52,275 nt of DNA, taken from the NCBI GenBank assembly GCA_022573915.1, contig JACZTA010000001.1, positions 1 through 52,275 on the forward strand, read 5' to 3'. Origin of the DNA: Bacteroidota bacterium. GTDB taxonomy: Bacteria > Bacteroidota > Bacteroidia > Chitinophagales > JACZTA01. The translations under genes and the position numbers were made by a program. The notes under the pieces are model-generated. The model did not search any database, was not told where the DNA came from, and saw only the letters and a program-made list of their open reading frames with translations. This document shows positions 1-9,431 of the stretch, in pieces (position 1 is the first letter of the stretch; every line of letters starts with the position of its first letter).

Positions 1-654
1 GCATTAGCAGTTCATGGACATGCATATATCCTCCATTTTGTGCTTGAAATAGATGAAATTCCGGTTATAATCGATACCGGAACTTATCAATATCATAATA
101 ACTTCGCTGACTGGCGAAGCTATTTTCGTGGTTCACATGCACATAATACGATTGCTCCGGCCGGACTGGATCAGCTAAAAAGTACGGGCCCTATGATGTG
201 GCACACCAAACCGAAAGTAGATTTGCTAAATATTCAGAATGATTCATCAAAGGTATCCTGCGAAGCAAGTCATAACGGATTTCAAAATCAAAAACGAAAT
301 ATTAAACATACCAGAAGGATTGAATACTATAAGGGCAGTAAGGTATATGAGGTAATTGATAAATTGGACGGGCAGGGCACTGAGCCGCTCTACTTCTATT
401 TGCACCTGGATAAGGGAATTGAAAAGTTCCAGCATGAGAAGGAGAAGGTGGTGCTGCAATTACAAAACGGAAAAAAGGTGACCCTGGAAAATAAGGAGTT
501 TGGTAATTTGCAGATGTTTAAAGGCAATGATGAATTACCACTTGGATGGCAGTCTACCAGATATGATCATAAGGAGCCGGCCATCACCCTTCGGTTACCA
601 ATTAACCTTTCAGGTAGTTTTGAAATGAAAACTATTATTGATTTTAATAACTAG
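1..654 (+). CDS. Heparinase II/III-like family protein, C-terminal part (5' end lies outside the window)
   Basis: The frame is open from base 1 (ALAVHGHAYILHF...). It contains the HGH motif and the WRSYFRGSHAHNTI motif typical of heparinase II/III-like C-terminal domains. It sits directly upstream of an asnB-like gene, a common pairing in O-antigen/capsule loci. Confidence 0.7.
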   Translation, partial: ALAVHGHAYILHFVLEIDEIPVIIDTGTYQYHNNFADWRSYFRGSHAHNTIAPAGLDQLKSTGPMMWHTKPKVDLLNIQNDSSKVSCEASHNGFQNQKRNIKHTRRIEYYKGSKVYEVIDKLDGQGTEPLYFYLHLDKGIEKFQHEKEKVVLQLQNGKKVTLENKEFGNLQMFKGNDELPLGWQSTRYDHKEPAITLRLPINLSGSFEMKTIIDFNN

Positions 655-676
655 ATAATAAATTAACCAAATAGCC

Positions 677-2563
677 ATGTGCGGGATATTGGGGACAGTT
701 AATCAGACTTTTGACCACGAGGTGCTAAATCTTATTCAGCATCGCGGTCCTGATTCATCTGCTATACAGAGCTTTAAGGTTGCCGGAGTAAGTATAACCT
801 ATGGATTTACACGTTTATCAATTCAGGATTTGAGTGAAGCCGGTGACCAGCCAATGATATCTGAGGACGGGGATCATGCAATAATTTTTAACGGTGAAAT
901 ATATAATCATCTCGACCTCAAGAAGCAGCTGACAGATGTCCGTTTCAGAGGACATTCCGATTCGGAAACGATCTTATATTGTCTCAGAAAATTTGGAATA
1001 AATATTATAAAAGAGTTTAATGGAATATTCGCATTATCATATTTGGACAAACGAAATGAGAAACTATACCTGGTTCGCGATCCTTTTGGTATCAAGCCGC
1101 TCTATTATCGATTTGAGGATGGGGTGTTATCCTTTTCGTCTGAATTAAAAACGCTTCTTCATTTACATCCGGGGAGTGACCTCGATTACGACAATCTTTA
1201 TACATTTTTAAAGCTCAGATATAATCCATCTCCACAGACGTTGTTCAAGCAAATAAAAAAACTGGAACCTGGGCATTTCGTCGTTTACGATCTGAAGAAT
1301 AAGTCGCTGGGCATACCGAAGTTTTATTCTTACGTACCGGAGAGCCAAAATAAAATATCTGAAGAAGAAGCTCTGGAAGGTTATGATCAACATTTGAATA
1401 AAGCTATTGAAAGACAATTACTATCTGACGTACCAATTTCAATATTGTTGAGTGGAGGAGTAGATTCTGCATTACTGACCTGTATCGCACAACAAAAATC
1501 AACGGATAAGTTTAGCACCTACACGGCAGGATTTAGCACAGAATCAGAAGCTAATGAGCACGAAGATGCTCGTAGAACTGCGGAAATATTGGGAACAGAT
1601 CATCATGAAGTGATTGTAGAGGAAGAGGATTTCTTCGAATATTTACCAAAGTTTATTAAGATTATCGAGGAACCTTTGGGATCGCAATCCATAGTGCCCA
1701 TGTATTATCTCGCGGAAGCAATTCATGGGGATGGATTCAAGGTGACACTCTCAGGACAAGGTGTTGATGAGCCGTGGGGTGGATACGCAAAGTATAACCT
1801 TCAGAATTTATTTGATAATAGTCCGAATAAATTATTATCAAATTTTAAGTTTCTAAAAAGGTATTTCAAAGAAGATAAGGTAAGAAGGGGTTTCAATTCT
1901 ATAACGGAGAGTGACAGGGTGAAGCGCTTTATTGAAACCTGCTCCGTATATGACGAACAGTTTCTGGGAAAAATAACCAGCCAGGAGTTTTTAATGAATA
2001 AAGAACAGGTTGTCGAAGATATTTTCAATCATAAATTCGATTATCTTTCTCTGAATTCTTTTGATGCCTCAAATGCCCTGATGTATTTTGATACCCGAAT
2101 GAATCTCCCGGATGATCTGTTGTTATATACGGATAAGATCTCGATGCATCACTCCCTCGAGGTGCGGGTACCTTTTCTGGATATTGAACTGATGAAATTT
2201 GTAGAGTCCTTACCCGGGAAACACAAGGTTAGCCTTTTTGGAAATAAAAAACTCCATAAGAAACTGTCTGAAAAATATCTACCCAAGGAAATAATTTACC
2301 GCAAGAAAAAAGGATTTAGAACTCCGCGTAAGGAGTGGTTTAAAACAGATCTGGGTCATAAATACGAGGAAATGCTCATGGAGGATAAGGGAATTTTTGG
2401 TGATGTATTTGATCGGGAGCAGGTAAGCGAAATGTTTAAAATGCATCGCAATCAGAAGGTTAATTATGAGAAACAGATTTACCTTCTGATCAACTTATAT
2501 TATTGGTTGCAGATCTTTGTAGAAAATAAAAATGCAGCAGTGGAGAATACTCCATCAGCGTAG
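677..2563 (+). CDS. asnB: Asparagine synthase (glutamine-hydrolysing)-type amidotransferase
   Basis: The N-terminal MCGILG gives the Cys2 nucleophile of Ntn glutamine amidotransferases. A PP-loop LLSGGVDSALL is present. At 628 aa the length fits the family. Confidence 0.9.
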   Translation: MCGILGTVNQTFDHEVLNLIQHRGPDSSAIQSFKVAGVSITYGFTRLSIQDLSEAGDQPMISEDGDHAIIFNGEIYNHLDLKKQLTDVRFRGHSDSETILYCLRKFGINIIKEFNGIFALSYLDKRNEKLYLVRDPFGIKPLYYRFEDGVLSFSSELKTLLHLHPGSDLDYDNLYTFLKLRYNPSPQTLFKQIKKLEPGHFVVYDLKNKSLGIPKFYSYVPESQNKISEEEALEGYDQHLNKAIERQLLSDVPISILLSGGVDSALLTCIAQQKSTDKFSTYTAGFSTESEANEHEDARRTAEILGTDHHEVIVEEEDFFEYLPKFIKIIEEPLGSQSIVPMYYLAEAIHGDGFKVTLSGQGVDEPWGGYAKYNLQNLFDNSPNKLLSNFKFLKRYFKEDKVRRGFNSITESDRVKRFIETCSVYDEQFLGKITSQEFLMNKEQVVEDIFNHKFDYLSLNSFDASNALMYFDTRMNLPDDLLLYTDKISMHHSLEVRVPFLDIELMKFVESLPGKHKVSLFGNKKLHKKLSEKYLPKEIIYRKKKGFRTPRKEWFKTDLGHKYEEMLMEDKGIFGDVFDREQVSEMFKMHRNQKVNYEKQIYLLINLYYWLQIFVENKNAAVENTPSA

Positions 2564-2578
2564 TCAATCTTATCAAGG

Positions 2579-3439
2579 GTGAGAAGTGTCGTTTACATTT
2601 TAGGTGCTGGAAGGAGTGGAACAACTTTGCTCGACATTATCCTTGGAAATGGTGACAACGTATTTAGTGCCGGGGAATTAAACAGATTTCCCAAGCGAAA
2701 CGGATTGCCCCAAAATCTTTTTGAGGAATCTCCTTCATATGTTTTTTGGAAAGATTTTCGCGACAAGTTTGAGGTTCTGCGAGGCGAACCTTTCGATTTT
2801 GATACGCTGCAAAAACTTACGCATAGATTTGAATACCATTCCGGATTTTTCAGAATCTTGTTTAATTCTAACAACCGGAGATTACACAGGTCTTATTGCG
2901 AGTATATAAATGGCTTTTTTGAGAACCTGTTCGATAAAGTCGAGGAGGAGGTGATCATAGACTCCTCAAAATACCCTTCAAGGGCGTTGATGCTAAGCCG
3001 GTGTCTGAAGTACGAGGTGAAGTATATTTACATCAAACGAGATCCGGTTAGTACTGTTATTTCATTTGCAAAGAAGGGAATTGAACAACCCTCAAAGAGT
3101 TGGCTGTCTGCTAACGTATATTATTTTGCGGTGAACTTCATTTGTTCGTTAGCTGAAAGGACATTGCGCAAACGACACCGGATCATCACCATTAAATATG
3201 AAGATCTATTAGAGAAACCCTACATAGTTTTGGAAAATATCCAGAAGAAATTACAGATCGATCTTTCAAGTGCTAGCTACAGGATAAGTAATGGTGAGGG
3301 CCTCAAAGTGGGAAAGTTATTTGACGGAAATCGGATCAGGCTTGAGGATTCAATAAAGGTCGAATCCAATGCAGAGAAAAATCCTGACAGCTTTAAGAAT
3401 ATGATGACCGCAGCATTTAATTATATGTGGTGGCATTAG
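2579..3439 (+). CDS. Sulfotransferase family protein
   Basis: GTG start. The N-terminal ILGAGRSGTTLL matches the PAPS 5'-phosphosulfate-binding loop, and YIKRDPVSTVIS resembles the 3'-phosphate-binding motif. Confidence 0.7.
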   Translation: MRSVVYILGAGRSGTTLLDIILGNGDNVFSAGELNRFPKRNGLPQNLFEESPSYVFWKDFRDKFEVLRGEPFDFDTLQKLTHRFEYHSGFFRILFNSNNRRLHRSYCEYINGFFENLFDKVEEEVIIDSSKYPSRALMLSRCLKYEVKYIYIKRDPVSTVISFAKKGIEQPSKSWLSANVYYFAVNFICSLAERTLRKRHRIITIKYEDLLEKPYIVLENIQKKLQIDLSSASYRISNGEGLKVGKLFDGNRIRLEDSIKVESNAEKNPDSFKNMMTAAFNYMWWH

Positions 3440-3458
3440 AGAGAAAAGATAATTCCCT

Positions 3459-3466
3459 TACCTTTG
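3459..3466 (+). promoter_or_regulatory. Candidate Bacteroidota -7 promoter box (TACCTTTG)
   Basis: Matches the TAnnTTTG consensus 19 nt upstream of the 3485 start codon. Confidence 0.3.
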
Positions 3467-3484
3467 TGGGCTAAAATTTTTTAA

Positions 3485-4795
3485 ATGAAGTTAAGTGTAT
3501 TCGGATTAGGTTATGTAGGCGCTGTTTCAAGCGCATGTTTTGCTAATGATGGACATGATATAATTGGTGTTGATGTAAGTGAACAGAAGGTGGCTTTTTT
3601 TAATTCCGGTAAGTCTGCTATAGTTGAAGATAATTTAGAAGAGTATGTAGAAAAGGCTATTAATGGAAAAAAAATGGAAGCGACCCAGGATCCCAAATAC
3701 GCAGTCGCGAATTCAGATCTCTCCATAATTTGTGTTGGAACACCGAGTCAACCTAATGGAAGTATCGACCTGCAGTATATATTCAAAGTTTCTGAAGAGA
3801 TTGCCGAAGGCATCAAGGAGAAAGACAGCTTTCATACAGTGGTTATAAGAAGTACAGTCTCGCCGGGTACAGTTAATAAATGCGGAGAGCTTATCGAAAA
3901 AACATCCGGCAAGAAATTGAACAAGGATTTTGGAATGGTTTCGAATCCTGAGTTTCTCAGAGAAGGTACAGCTATCGAGGATTTTTATAATCCACCCTAT
4001 ACGGTGGTAGGCGCTTCTTGCGAGGAAAGTGAGAAGATGATGGAGGAGTTATATGCTGCCATCGATGCACCTATCTACAATATGAAGATAGAGGAAGCTG
4101 AGATGATCAAGTATGCAAACAATAATTTTCACGCTGTCAAGATCACTTTTGCCAATGAGATAGGAAATATTTGTAAAGAACTGGGCATCGATGGTCACAA
4201 GGTGATGGACTTGGTAACCAAGGATACTAAATTAAATCTCTCACCCTATTATATGAAACCGGGTTTTGCTTTTGGAGGCTCCTGCTTGCCAAAAGACGTT
4301 CGGGCGTTATCCTATAAAGCTTCATCTATAGACGTCAAGACACCTTTACTTTCAAGTTTGATCAGCAGCAATGAAATTCAGGTAGAAAGAGGCTTGGATC
4401 TGGTTTACAAAACCGGAAAGAAAAAGATAGGCATACTGGGTTTTGCGTTTAAAGCCGGAACGGATGATCTGCGCGAGAGTCCGATGGTAACTCTGATTGA
4501 GACATTGATCGGAAAGGGTTTCGACATTAAGATATATGACAGCAATGTGTATCTGGCCAAGCTGCTTGGAAAGAATAAAGAATACATTGAGGAGCATATT
4601 CCGCATATATCCGGCCTCCTACTCGAGGACATGAAGGATGTAATTGCCCATGCCGAGACAATCATTATTGGCAATAACTCCAAAGAATTCAAGGAAATAT
4701 TTGATCTAATTAAACCGGATCAAACTATTATCGACCTGGTAAGAGTTGATTCTGAAAGGGTAAGCAGTGACAATTATGTCGGCATTTGCTGGTAA
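3485..4795 (+). CDS. algD: GDP-mannose 6-dehydrogenase (UDP-glucose/GDP-mannose dehydrogenase family)
   Basis: By recall, it appears collinear with Pseudomonas AlgD along its length. Shared features are MKLSVFGLGYVGAV, NPEFLREGTAI, GFAFGGSCLPKDVRAL, FKAGTDDLRESP, NKEYIEEHIPH and the C-terminal GICW. Length is 436 aa. Confidence 0.85.
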   Translation: MKLSVFGLGYVGAVSSACFANDGHDIIGVDVSEQKVAFFNSGKSAIVEDNLEEYVEKAINGKKMEATQDPKYAVANSDLSIICVGTPSQPNGSIDLQYIFKVSEEIAEGIKEKDSFHTVVIRSTVSPGTVNKCGELIEKTSGKKLNKDFGMVSNPEFLREGTAIEDFYNPPYTVVGASCEESEKMMEELYAAIDAPIYNMKIEEAEMIKYANNNFHAVKITFANEIGNICKELGIDGHKVMDLVTKDTKLNLSPYYMKPGFAFGGSCLPKDVRALSYKASSIDVKTPLLSSLISSNEIQVERGLDLVYKTGKKKIGILGFAFKAGTDDLRESPMVTLIETLIGKGFDIKIYDSNVYLAKLLGKNKEYIEEHIPHISGLLLEDMKDVIAHAETIIIGNNSKEFKEIFDLIKPDQTIIDLVRVDSERVSSDNYVGICW

Positions 4796-5987
4796 ACATA
4801 TCCTGATCATTATTGAAAATTTACCTGCTCCCTTTGATAAGAGGGTGTGGCAGGAAGCCTGTACCTTACGTGATAATGGCGCCAGGATATCCATCATATG
4901 TCCGAAGATGAAAGGATTTACAAAGTCGTATGAAAAAATTGATGAGATAGAGATCTACAGGCATCCACTGCCACTGGAAGCAAAGGGAGCCATTGGATAT
5001 CTATTGGAGTACTCTCTTTCCCTCTTCTGGGAGTTTATTTTGAGTGTCAGGATCTATTTCAAGAAACGTTTTCAGGTGATTCATGGCTGCAATCCCCCTG
5101 ATCTGATTTTCCTCGCCGCATTGCCATTTAAGCTTCTTGGTGTCAAATATGTTTTTGACCATCACGACATTAACCCGGAATTGTATATCGCGAAGTTTGG
5201 CAAAAAGAATTTCTTTTACCGGCTCATGCTATTGCTTGAAAGACTGACATTTGCATCAGCCGGATATTCAATTGCCACCAATGAATCTTACAAAGAGATC
5301 GCTATCAGGCGGGGAAAGATGAAACCGGAGAATGTACAGGTGGTCCGGTCGGGACCGAGTCTGGAAAGATTGAGAATAACACCCGGAAATCCAAAGTATA
5401 AAAATAATAAGCAGTACCTGATTGGTTACCTCGGCGTAATTGGAGAACAGGAAGGCCTAGACCTATTAATTGAATCAGCAAAATATATTCAGTCCTTGAG
5501 GGATGATGTACAGTTTGCTATAGTAGGTGGCGGAACCGATCTTGAAAAAATGAAGAAATATTGCGCGGAGCAGGGGTTGGAAGAATCATTTGATTTCTAC
5601 GGCCGGGTGAGCGATGAGGATCTGATCGATATAATTAATACTTGTGACGTTTGTGTTAATCCGGATAAACCAACGGAGATGAATAACCTCTCGACCATGA
5701 ATAAGATCATGGAATATATGGCTTTGAAGAAACCTGTTGTACAATATGACTTGAAAGAAGGAAGATTTTCCGCAGGAGAAGCATCTTTATATGCAAAACA
5801 TAATGACACCCGCGATTTTGGAGACAAGATCATCTATCTGCTCGATAACGAGGAGGTTAGGTTGAGGATGGGTGAGTTTGGCTACAATCGTGTCGTAAAT
5901 GAGCTATCCTGGGAGTATGAGAAGGAAAAGCTGGTGAGTGTCTATGCCAAGGTATTTAAATTAGAAACAGTTGGCAGTAAACAGTAA
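4767..5987 (+). CDS. Glycosyltransferase, GT4 (GT-B) family
   Basis: ILIIIENLPAPFDKRVW at the N-terminus and a C-terminal EX7E-like region (NKIMEYMALKKPVV) are typical of WbuB/GT4 enzymes. The start is uncertain (4767 or 4776); it overlaps the end of the upstream gene. Confidence 0.8.
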   Translation: MTIMSAFAGKHILIIIENLPAPFDKRVWQEACTLRDNGARISIICPKMKGFTKSYEKIDEIEIYRHPLPLEAKGAIGYLLEYSLSLFWEFILSVRIYFKKRFQVIHGCNPPDLIFLAALPFKLLGVKYVFDHHDINPELYIAKFGKKNFFYRLMLLLERLTFASAGYSIATNESYKEIAIRRGKMKPENVQVVRSGPSLERLRITPGNPKYKNNKQYLIGYLGVIGEQEGLDLLIESAKYIQSLRDDVQFAIVGGGTDLEKMKKYCAEQGLEESFDFYGRVSDEDLIDIINTCDVCVNPDKPTEMNNLSTMNKIMEYMALKKPVVQYDLKEGRFSAGEASLYAKHNDTRDFGDKIIYLLDNEEVRLRMGEFGYNRVVNELSWEYEKEKLVSVYAKVFKLETVGSKQ

Positions 5988-6058
5988 GCAGTTGGCAGCG
6001 AGCAGTTGGCAATAAACAATTGGCAATAAATAGTTGGCAGTAAACAATAAACAATGAC
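5968..6058. repeat. Tandem array of about five copies of a 14-bp unit, CAGTTGGCA(A/G)TAAA
   Basis: (C/T)A(G/A)TTGGCA cores start at 5968, 5989, 6003, 6017 and 6031, giving spacings of 21, 14, 14 and 14 nt. The first copy overlaps the last codons of the GT4 gene. Confidence 0.85.
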
Positions 6059-6064
6059 CAAATA

Positions 6065-6272
6065 GCCATGCAACCATGCAACCATGCAACCATGCAACCA
6101 TGCAGCCATGTAACCATGTAGCCATGCAACCATGCAGCCATGCAGCCATGTAACCATGCAGCCATGTAACCATGCAGCCATGTAACCATGCAGCCATGCA
6201 ACCATGCAGCCATGTAACCATGCAGCCATGTAACCATGCAGCCATGTAACCATGCAACCCTCCAACCATTTA
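6065..6272. repeat. Octanucleotide tandem repeat RCCATGYA: 24 exact-length copies (6065-6256) plus 2 degenerate copies
   Basis: Counted unit by unit. Only positions 1 (A/G) and 7 (C/T) vary. There is a frequent 16-nt super-unit GCCATGTAACCATGCA. Confidence 0.95.
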
Positions 6273-6341
6273 TTTTCTGTTTCAACGAGTTATGCAAAAT
6301 ATTCGGATAATCTCCGTTAGCCGCACATGTATGTCATAATT

Positions 6342-6368
6342 TATATTTGATTTTTTTTTCTATCTTTG
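6342..6368 (+). promoter_or_regulatory. Two candidate Bacteroidota -7 boxes (TATATTTG at 6342-6349, TATCTTTG at 6361-6368)
   Basis: Both match TAnnTTTG. They lie 85-110 nt upstream of the 6454 start and downstream of the repeat arrays. Confidence 0.35.
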
Positions 6369-6453
6369 CAACCCTTTTCAAAAAGTCATCATCTGAACCC
6401 TTTAGAGAAGGGCTCTCTTTTTGTTTTAGGTAGTAAATCGGAACAGCTCATTA

Positions 6454-7845
6454 ATGCATAGCAGATATTCAAAGTTTTTCTACGCCTTACATTTTACCAG
6501 CGACTTAATAATCCTGAACTTTTCATTCCTTCTGGGGTATTTGATTCGTTTTGGAACATTAGATGGTATTCTGGGTGAGGAATATCTTAGACTGGCATTC
6601 TTTGTCAATCTATTTTGGGTATTCTCTGCATCCGTCCTAAAGATCTACGCATTATATCGCGCAGTTAGAGTTGAAAAGATCCTCTTTAGCTTATTTAGGG
6701 CAGTTGCATTACTTGTTGCAGTTGTAGCAATGTATATCTGGTTGGCTAAGGGAGATATTTACTCACGGCAACAACTTGTTTACACCTTTATCTCCTTTAT
6801 GGTTTTAGTCACCTCATGGAGACTGATCTATTTACACATTATAAGATTGGTTCGATCATCAGGTTTTAACTTTAGAAGAATAATTATTATAGGAGCAGGA
6901 CCTGTTGGAGTGCAAATGTTGGATCAACTGAATACGCATTCTGAGTATGGTTATAAGTTCCTGGGTTTCTTTGATGATAACCCTGAGAATAGTGATGCAC
7001 AGCAATTGATCCTGGGTGACGTGGAAGAAGCGAAACTATACGCGATACAAAATCAAATTGACGAGATCTATTGTGCGTTGCCACCCAGCGCCACTGAGAA
7101 GATAATGGATCTTATCACTTTCTCAGATAAGAACCTGATGCGATTTAAAATCATCCCCGACTTTAGAGGGTTCTTGAATAAAAAGGTTAAAATGGAATTT
7201 TATGGTTTCCTTCCGGTGCTGACTATCAGGAACGAACCATTGGAGAATGTTGTGAACAGGGTGATCAAGCGTACCTTCGATATTATCTTTTCGACTTTGG
7301 TACTCGTTTTTATCATGTCATGGTTATTCCCCTTGATTGCGGTTATTATTAAGCTTACTTCTAAAGGGCCTGTTCTATTTAAACAGAAAAGAACAGGAAT
7401 ACGAAATCAATACTTCGAATGTTGGAAGTTTAGAACCATGTATGTTAATGATGAAGCGGATACAAAACAAGCGACCAAAGATGATCCACGTGTGACTCCT
7501 GTGGGACGATTCCTTAGAAAATCCAACCTCGATGAAATGCCTCAATTCATCAACGTGTTGATGGGACATATGTCTGTTGTAGGCCCTCGTCCTCATATGC
7601 TCAAACATACAGAGGAATACTCTAAGATAATCGACAAGTTCATGGTAAGGCATCTAATCAAACCCGGAATTACCGGTTTAGCTCAGGTAAGAGGGCATAG
7701 AGGCGAAACCATCGATCCTGTTGCCATGCAAAAGAGAGTTCAAAATGATGTCTGGTATATTGAAAACTGGTCATTCCTGCTTGAATTGAAGATCGTATTT
7801 CTCACCGTACTTAACATGGTACGTGGTGATAAGAATGCGGTCTAA
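6454..7845 (+). CDS. Polyprenyl-phosphate hexose-1-phosphate transferase (WbaP/WcaJ-type initiating enzyme)
   Basis: N-terminal TM helices are followed by a central Rossmann-like region (IIIIGAGPVG). The C-terminal bacterial sugar-transferase domain shows KRTFDIIFS...KGPVLFKQKRTG...FRTM...DEMPQFINVLMGHMSVVGPRP. Confidence 0.9.
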   Translation: MHSRYSKFFYALHFTSDLIILNFSFLLGYLIRFGTLDGILGEEYLRLAFFVNLFWVFSASVLKIYALYRAVRVEKILFSLFRAVALLVAVVAMYIWLAKGDIYSRQQLVYTFISFMVLVTSWRLIYLHIIRLVRSSGFNFRRIIIIGAGPVGVQMLDQLNTHSEYGYKFLGFFDDNPENSDAQQLILGDVEEAKLYAIQNQIDEIYCALPPSATEKIMDLITFSDKNLMRFKIIPDFRGFLNKKVKMEFYGFLPVLTIRNEPLENVVNRVIKRTFDIIFSTLVLVFIMSWLFPLIAVIIKLTSKGPVLFKQKRTGIRNQYFECWKFRTMYVNDEADTKQATKDDPRVTPVGRFLRKSNLDEMPQFINVLMGHMSVVGPRPHMLKHTEEYSKIIDKFMVRHLIKPGITGLAQVRGHRGETIDPVAMQKRVQNDVWYIENWSFLLELKIVFLTVLNMVRGDKNAV

Positions 7846-7903
7846 CAATCAACAACCTTTTCCACCATCCTGTCAGGCATCAACATCTTCCATTTAATTG
7901 GTT

Positions 7904-7911
7904 TATTTTTG
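7904..7911 (+). promoter_or_regulatory. Candidate -7 box (TATTTTTG)
   Basis: Matches TAnnTTTG 21 nt upstream of the 7932 start. Confidence 0.3.
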
Positions 7912-7931
7912 CGCTTTGAATCATTAGAAAT

Positions 7932-8933
7932 ATGAATCTTGGAATTATAGGCTTAGGCTATTGGGGACCAAATATTGTCAGAAATGCACTGACGAATAAG
8001 GATATCAACAAGGTATTTTGTTGTGATACGGATAAGGATCAATTAGCTAAGATCAAAACTTCCTATTCGCAGGTTGAGACAGTTGATAATGTCGAAACCA
8101 TCTTCCAAAATGAAGAAATAGATGCAGTTGCCATCGTGACTCCGGTGAATACGCATTATGCCCTTGCAAAGGCAGCTTTGGAACATGGGAAGCATATTCT
8201 TGTTGAGAAACCATTTGTGGCTTCAGTTGAAGAGGCAGAAGAGATCATCGCTTTAGCCAAAGAAAAGAATCTGATCACCATGGTGGATCACACGTTTGTC
8301 TATACCCCCGCCATCAAAAAAATAAAAGAGGTTCATGATAAAGGCGAGTTGGGTGACATCCATTATTATGACTCAGTGAGGGTTAGCCTCGGACTGTTCC
8401 AGAGAGATGTAAATGTGATCTGGGATCTGGGTGCACATGATTTCTCGATCATGAACTATATTATCGGTAAGCCTCCTAAATTTCTTAAGGCAATGGGAGC
8501 AGATCATGTTGGCAAAGGGTTAGAGGATGTGGCTTATGTTCATATTGAATTTGAGAACCAGCTGATCGCTCATTTTCACCTTAACTGGCTCTCCCCGGTG
8601 AAGATCCGTAAAATCCTGATTGCCGGGTCGAAGCAGATGATCGTATATGATGACATTGAGAGTTCGGAAAAGATAAAGATCTACGACAAGGGGATAGATG
8701 TGAATTCGAAAGAGGATGAGCATAAAACCCTGATACAATACAGGTCGGGAAATATGTATAGCCCGGCGTTGGAAAACACGGAAGCATTAAGATCGATGAT
8801 AGAAGAGTTTGTCGCTTCTGTTCAGGAGAAGAGAGAACCATTAACCAGCGGCCAGAATGGATTAGAGGTAGTTAAATTACTTCAGGCTACACAACAATCG
8901 ATAAAAAATAATGGAGAAATTGTTCACCTGTGA
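7932..8933 (+). CDS. Gfo/Idh/MocA-family sugar-nucleotide oxidoreductase
   Basis: N-terminal Rossmann motif LGIIGLGYWGPN and the EKP motif (ILVEKPF). It overlaps the downstream acetyltransferase by a 4-nt GTGA, as in WbpB/WbpD-like pairs. Confidence 0.85.
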   Translation: MNLGIIGLGYWGPNIVRNALTNKDINKVFCCDTDKDQLAKIKTSYSQVETVDNVETIFQNEEIDAVAIVTPVNTHYALAKAALEHGKHILVEKPFVASVEEAEEIIALAKEKNLITMVDHTFVYTPAIKKIKEVHDKGELGDIHYYDSVRVSLGLFQRDVNVIWDLGAHDFSIMNYIIGKPPKFLKAMGADHVGKGLEDVAYVHIEFENQLIAHFHLNWLSPVKIRKILIAGSKQMIVYDDIESSEKIKIYDKGIDVNSKEDEHKTLIQYRSGNMYSPALENTEALRSMIEEFVASVQEKREPLTSGQNGLEVVKLLQATQQSIKNNGEIVHL

Positions 8934-9421
8934 GCGACGACAATATATATCAAAGCATCAGCGATGATGTTCAGTTGGGTGAGAATGTCCAGATCCACAA
9001 GTTTGTAAACCTTTATGGTTGCAGCATTGGTGATAATACCAAGATCGGCACTTTCGTGGAGGTGCAAAAGAATGCCAGCATTGGCAAGAACTGTAAGATC
9101 TCATCCCATAGCTTTATTTGTGAGGGTACGAATATCGAGGATGAGGTATTTGTGGGCCATGGTGTGAAGTTTATTAACGATAAATATCCCCGGGCAGTTA
9201 ATAAGGACGGATCCATGAAAGAGGATGCAGATTGGAATCTACAGACAACCAAAGTCAAGAAAAGAGCATCTATCGGTTCAGGTTCGGTTGTTCTTGGAAA
9301 CATCACGATTGGCGAGAATGCTATCGTTGGTGCAGGTTCGGTGGTGACCAAGGATGTGGAGGCCAACACCATTGTGGCAGGCAATCCGGCTAAACTAATA
9401 AGAACCGTTAATTCTGAATAA
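8930..9421 (+). CDS. Left-handed beta-helix (hexapeptide) sugar N-acetyltransferase
   Basis: Repeated [LIV]-G-x-x-x-x hexapeptides (IGDNTKIGTFVEVQKNASIGKNCKISS, IGSGSVVLGNITIGENAIVGAGSVV). 163 aa. GTG start coupled to the upstream gene. Confidence 0.85.
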   Translation: MSDDNIYQSISDDVQLGENVQIHKFVNLYGCSIGDNTKIGTFVEVQKNASIGKNCKISSHSFICEGTNIEDEVFVGHGVKFINDKYPRAVNKDGSMKEDADWNLQTTKVKKRASIGSGSVVLGNITIGENAIVGAGSVVTKDVEANTIVAGNPAKLIRTVNSE

Positions 9422-9431
9422 TAAGATTGAT

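Noticed and set aside
5968-6040. TTGGCA cores as sigma-54 (-24 TGGCAC / -12 TTGCW) promoters.
   Set aside because: No properly spaced -12 TTGC element follows any TGGCA core, and the cores are part of a regular 14-bp tandem repeat.
6065-6256. Possible CRISPR array.
   Set aside because: The period is only 8 nt, with no unique spacers between repeats and no cas genes in the window. It is a microsatellite-type tandem repeat.
5942-6297. Three overlapping minus-strand ORFs (102-113 aa) encoding WLHGCMV/WLHGYMA repeats.
   Set aside because: They are translations of the 8-bp tandem repeat, which has no stop codon on the minus strand in any frame. All three frames are open at once, there is no start context, and the content is purely repetitive, so they are artefacts.
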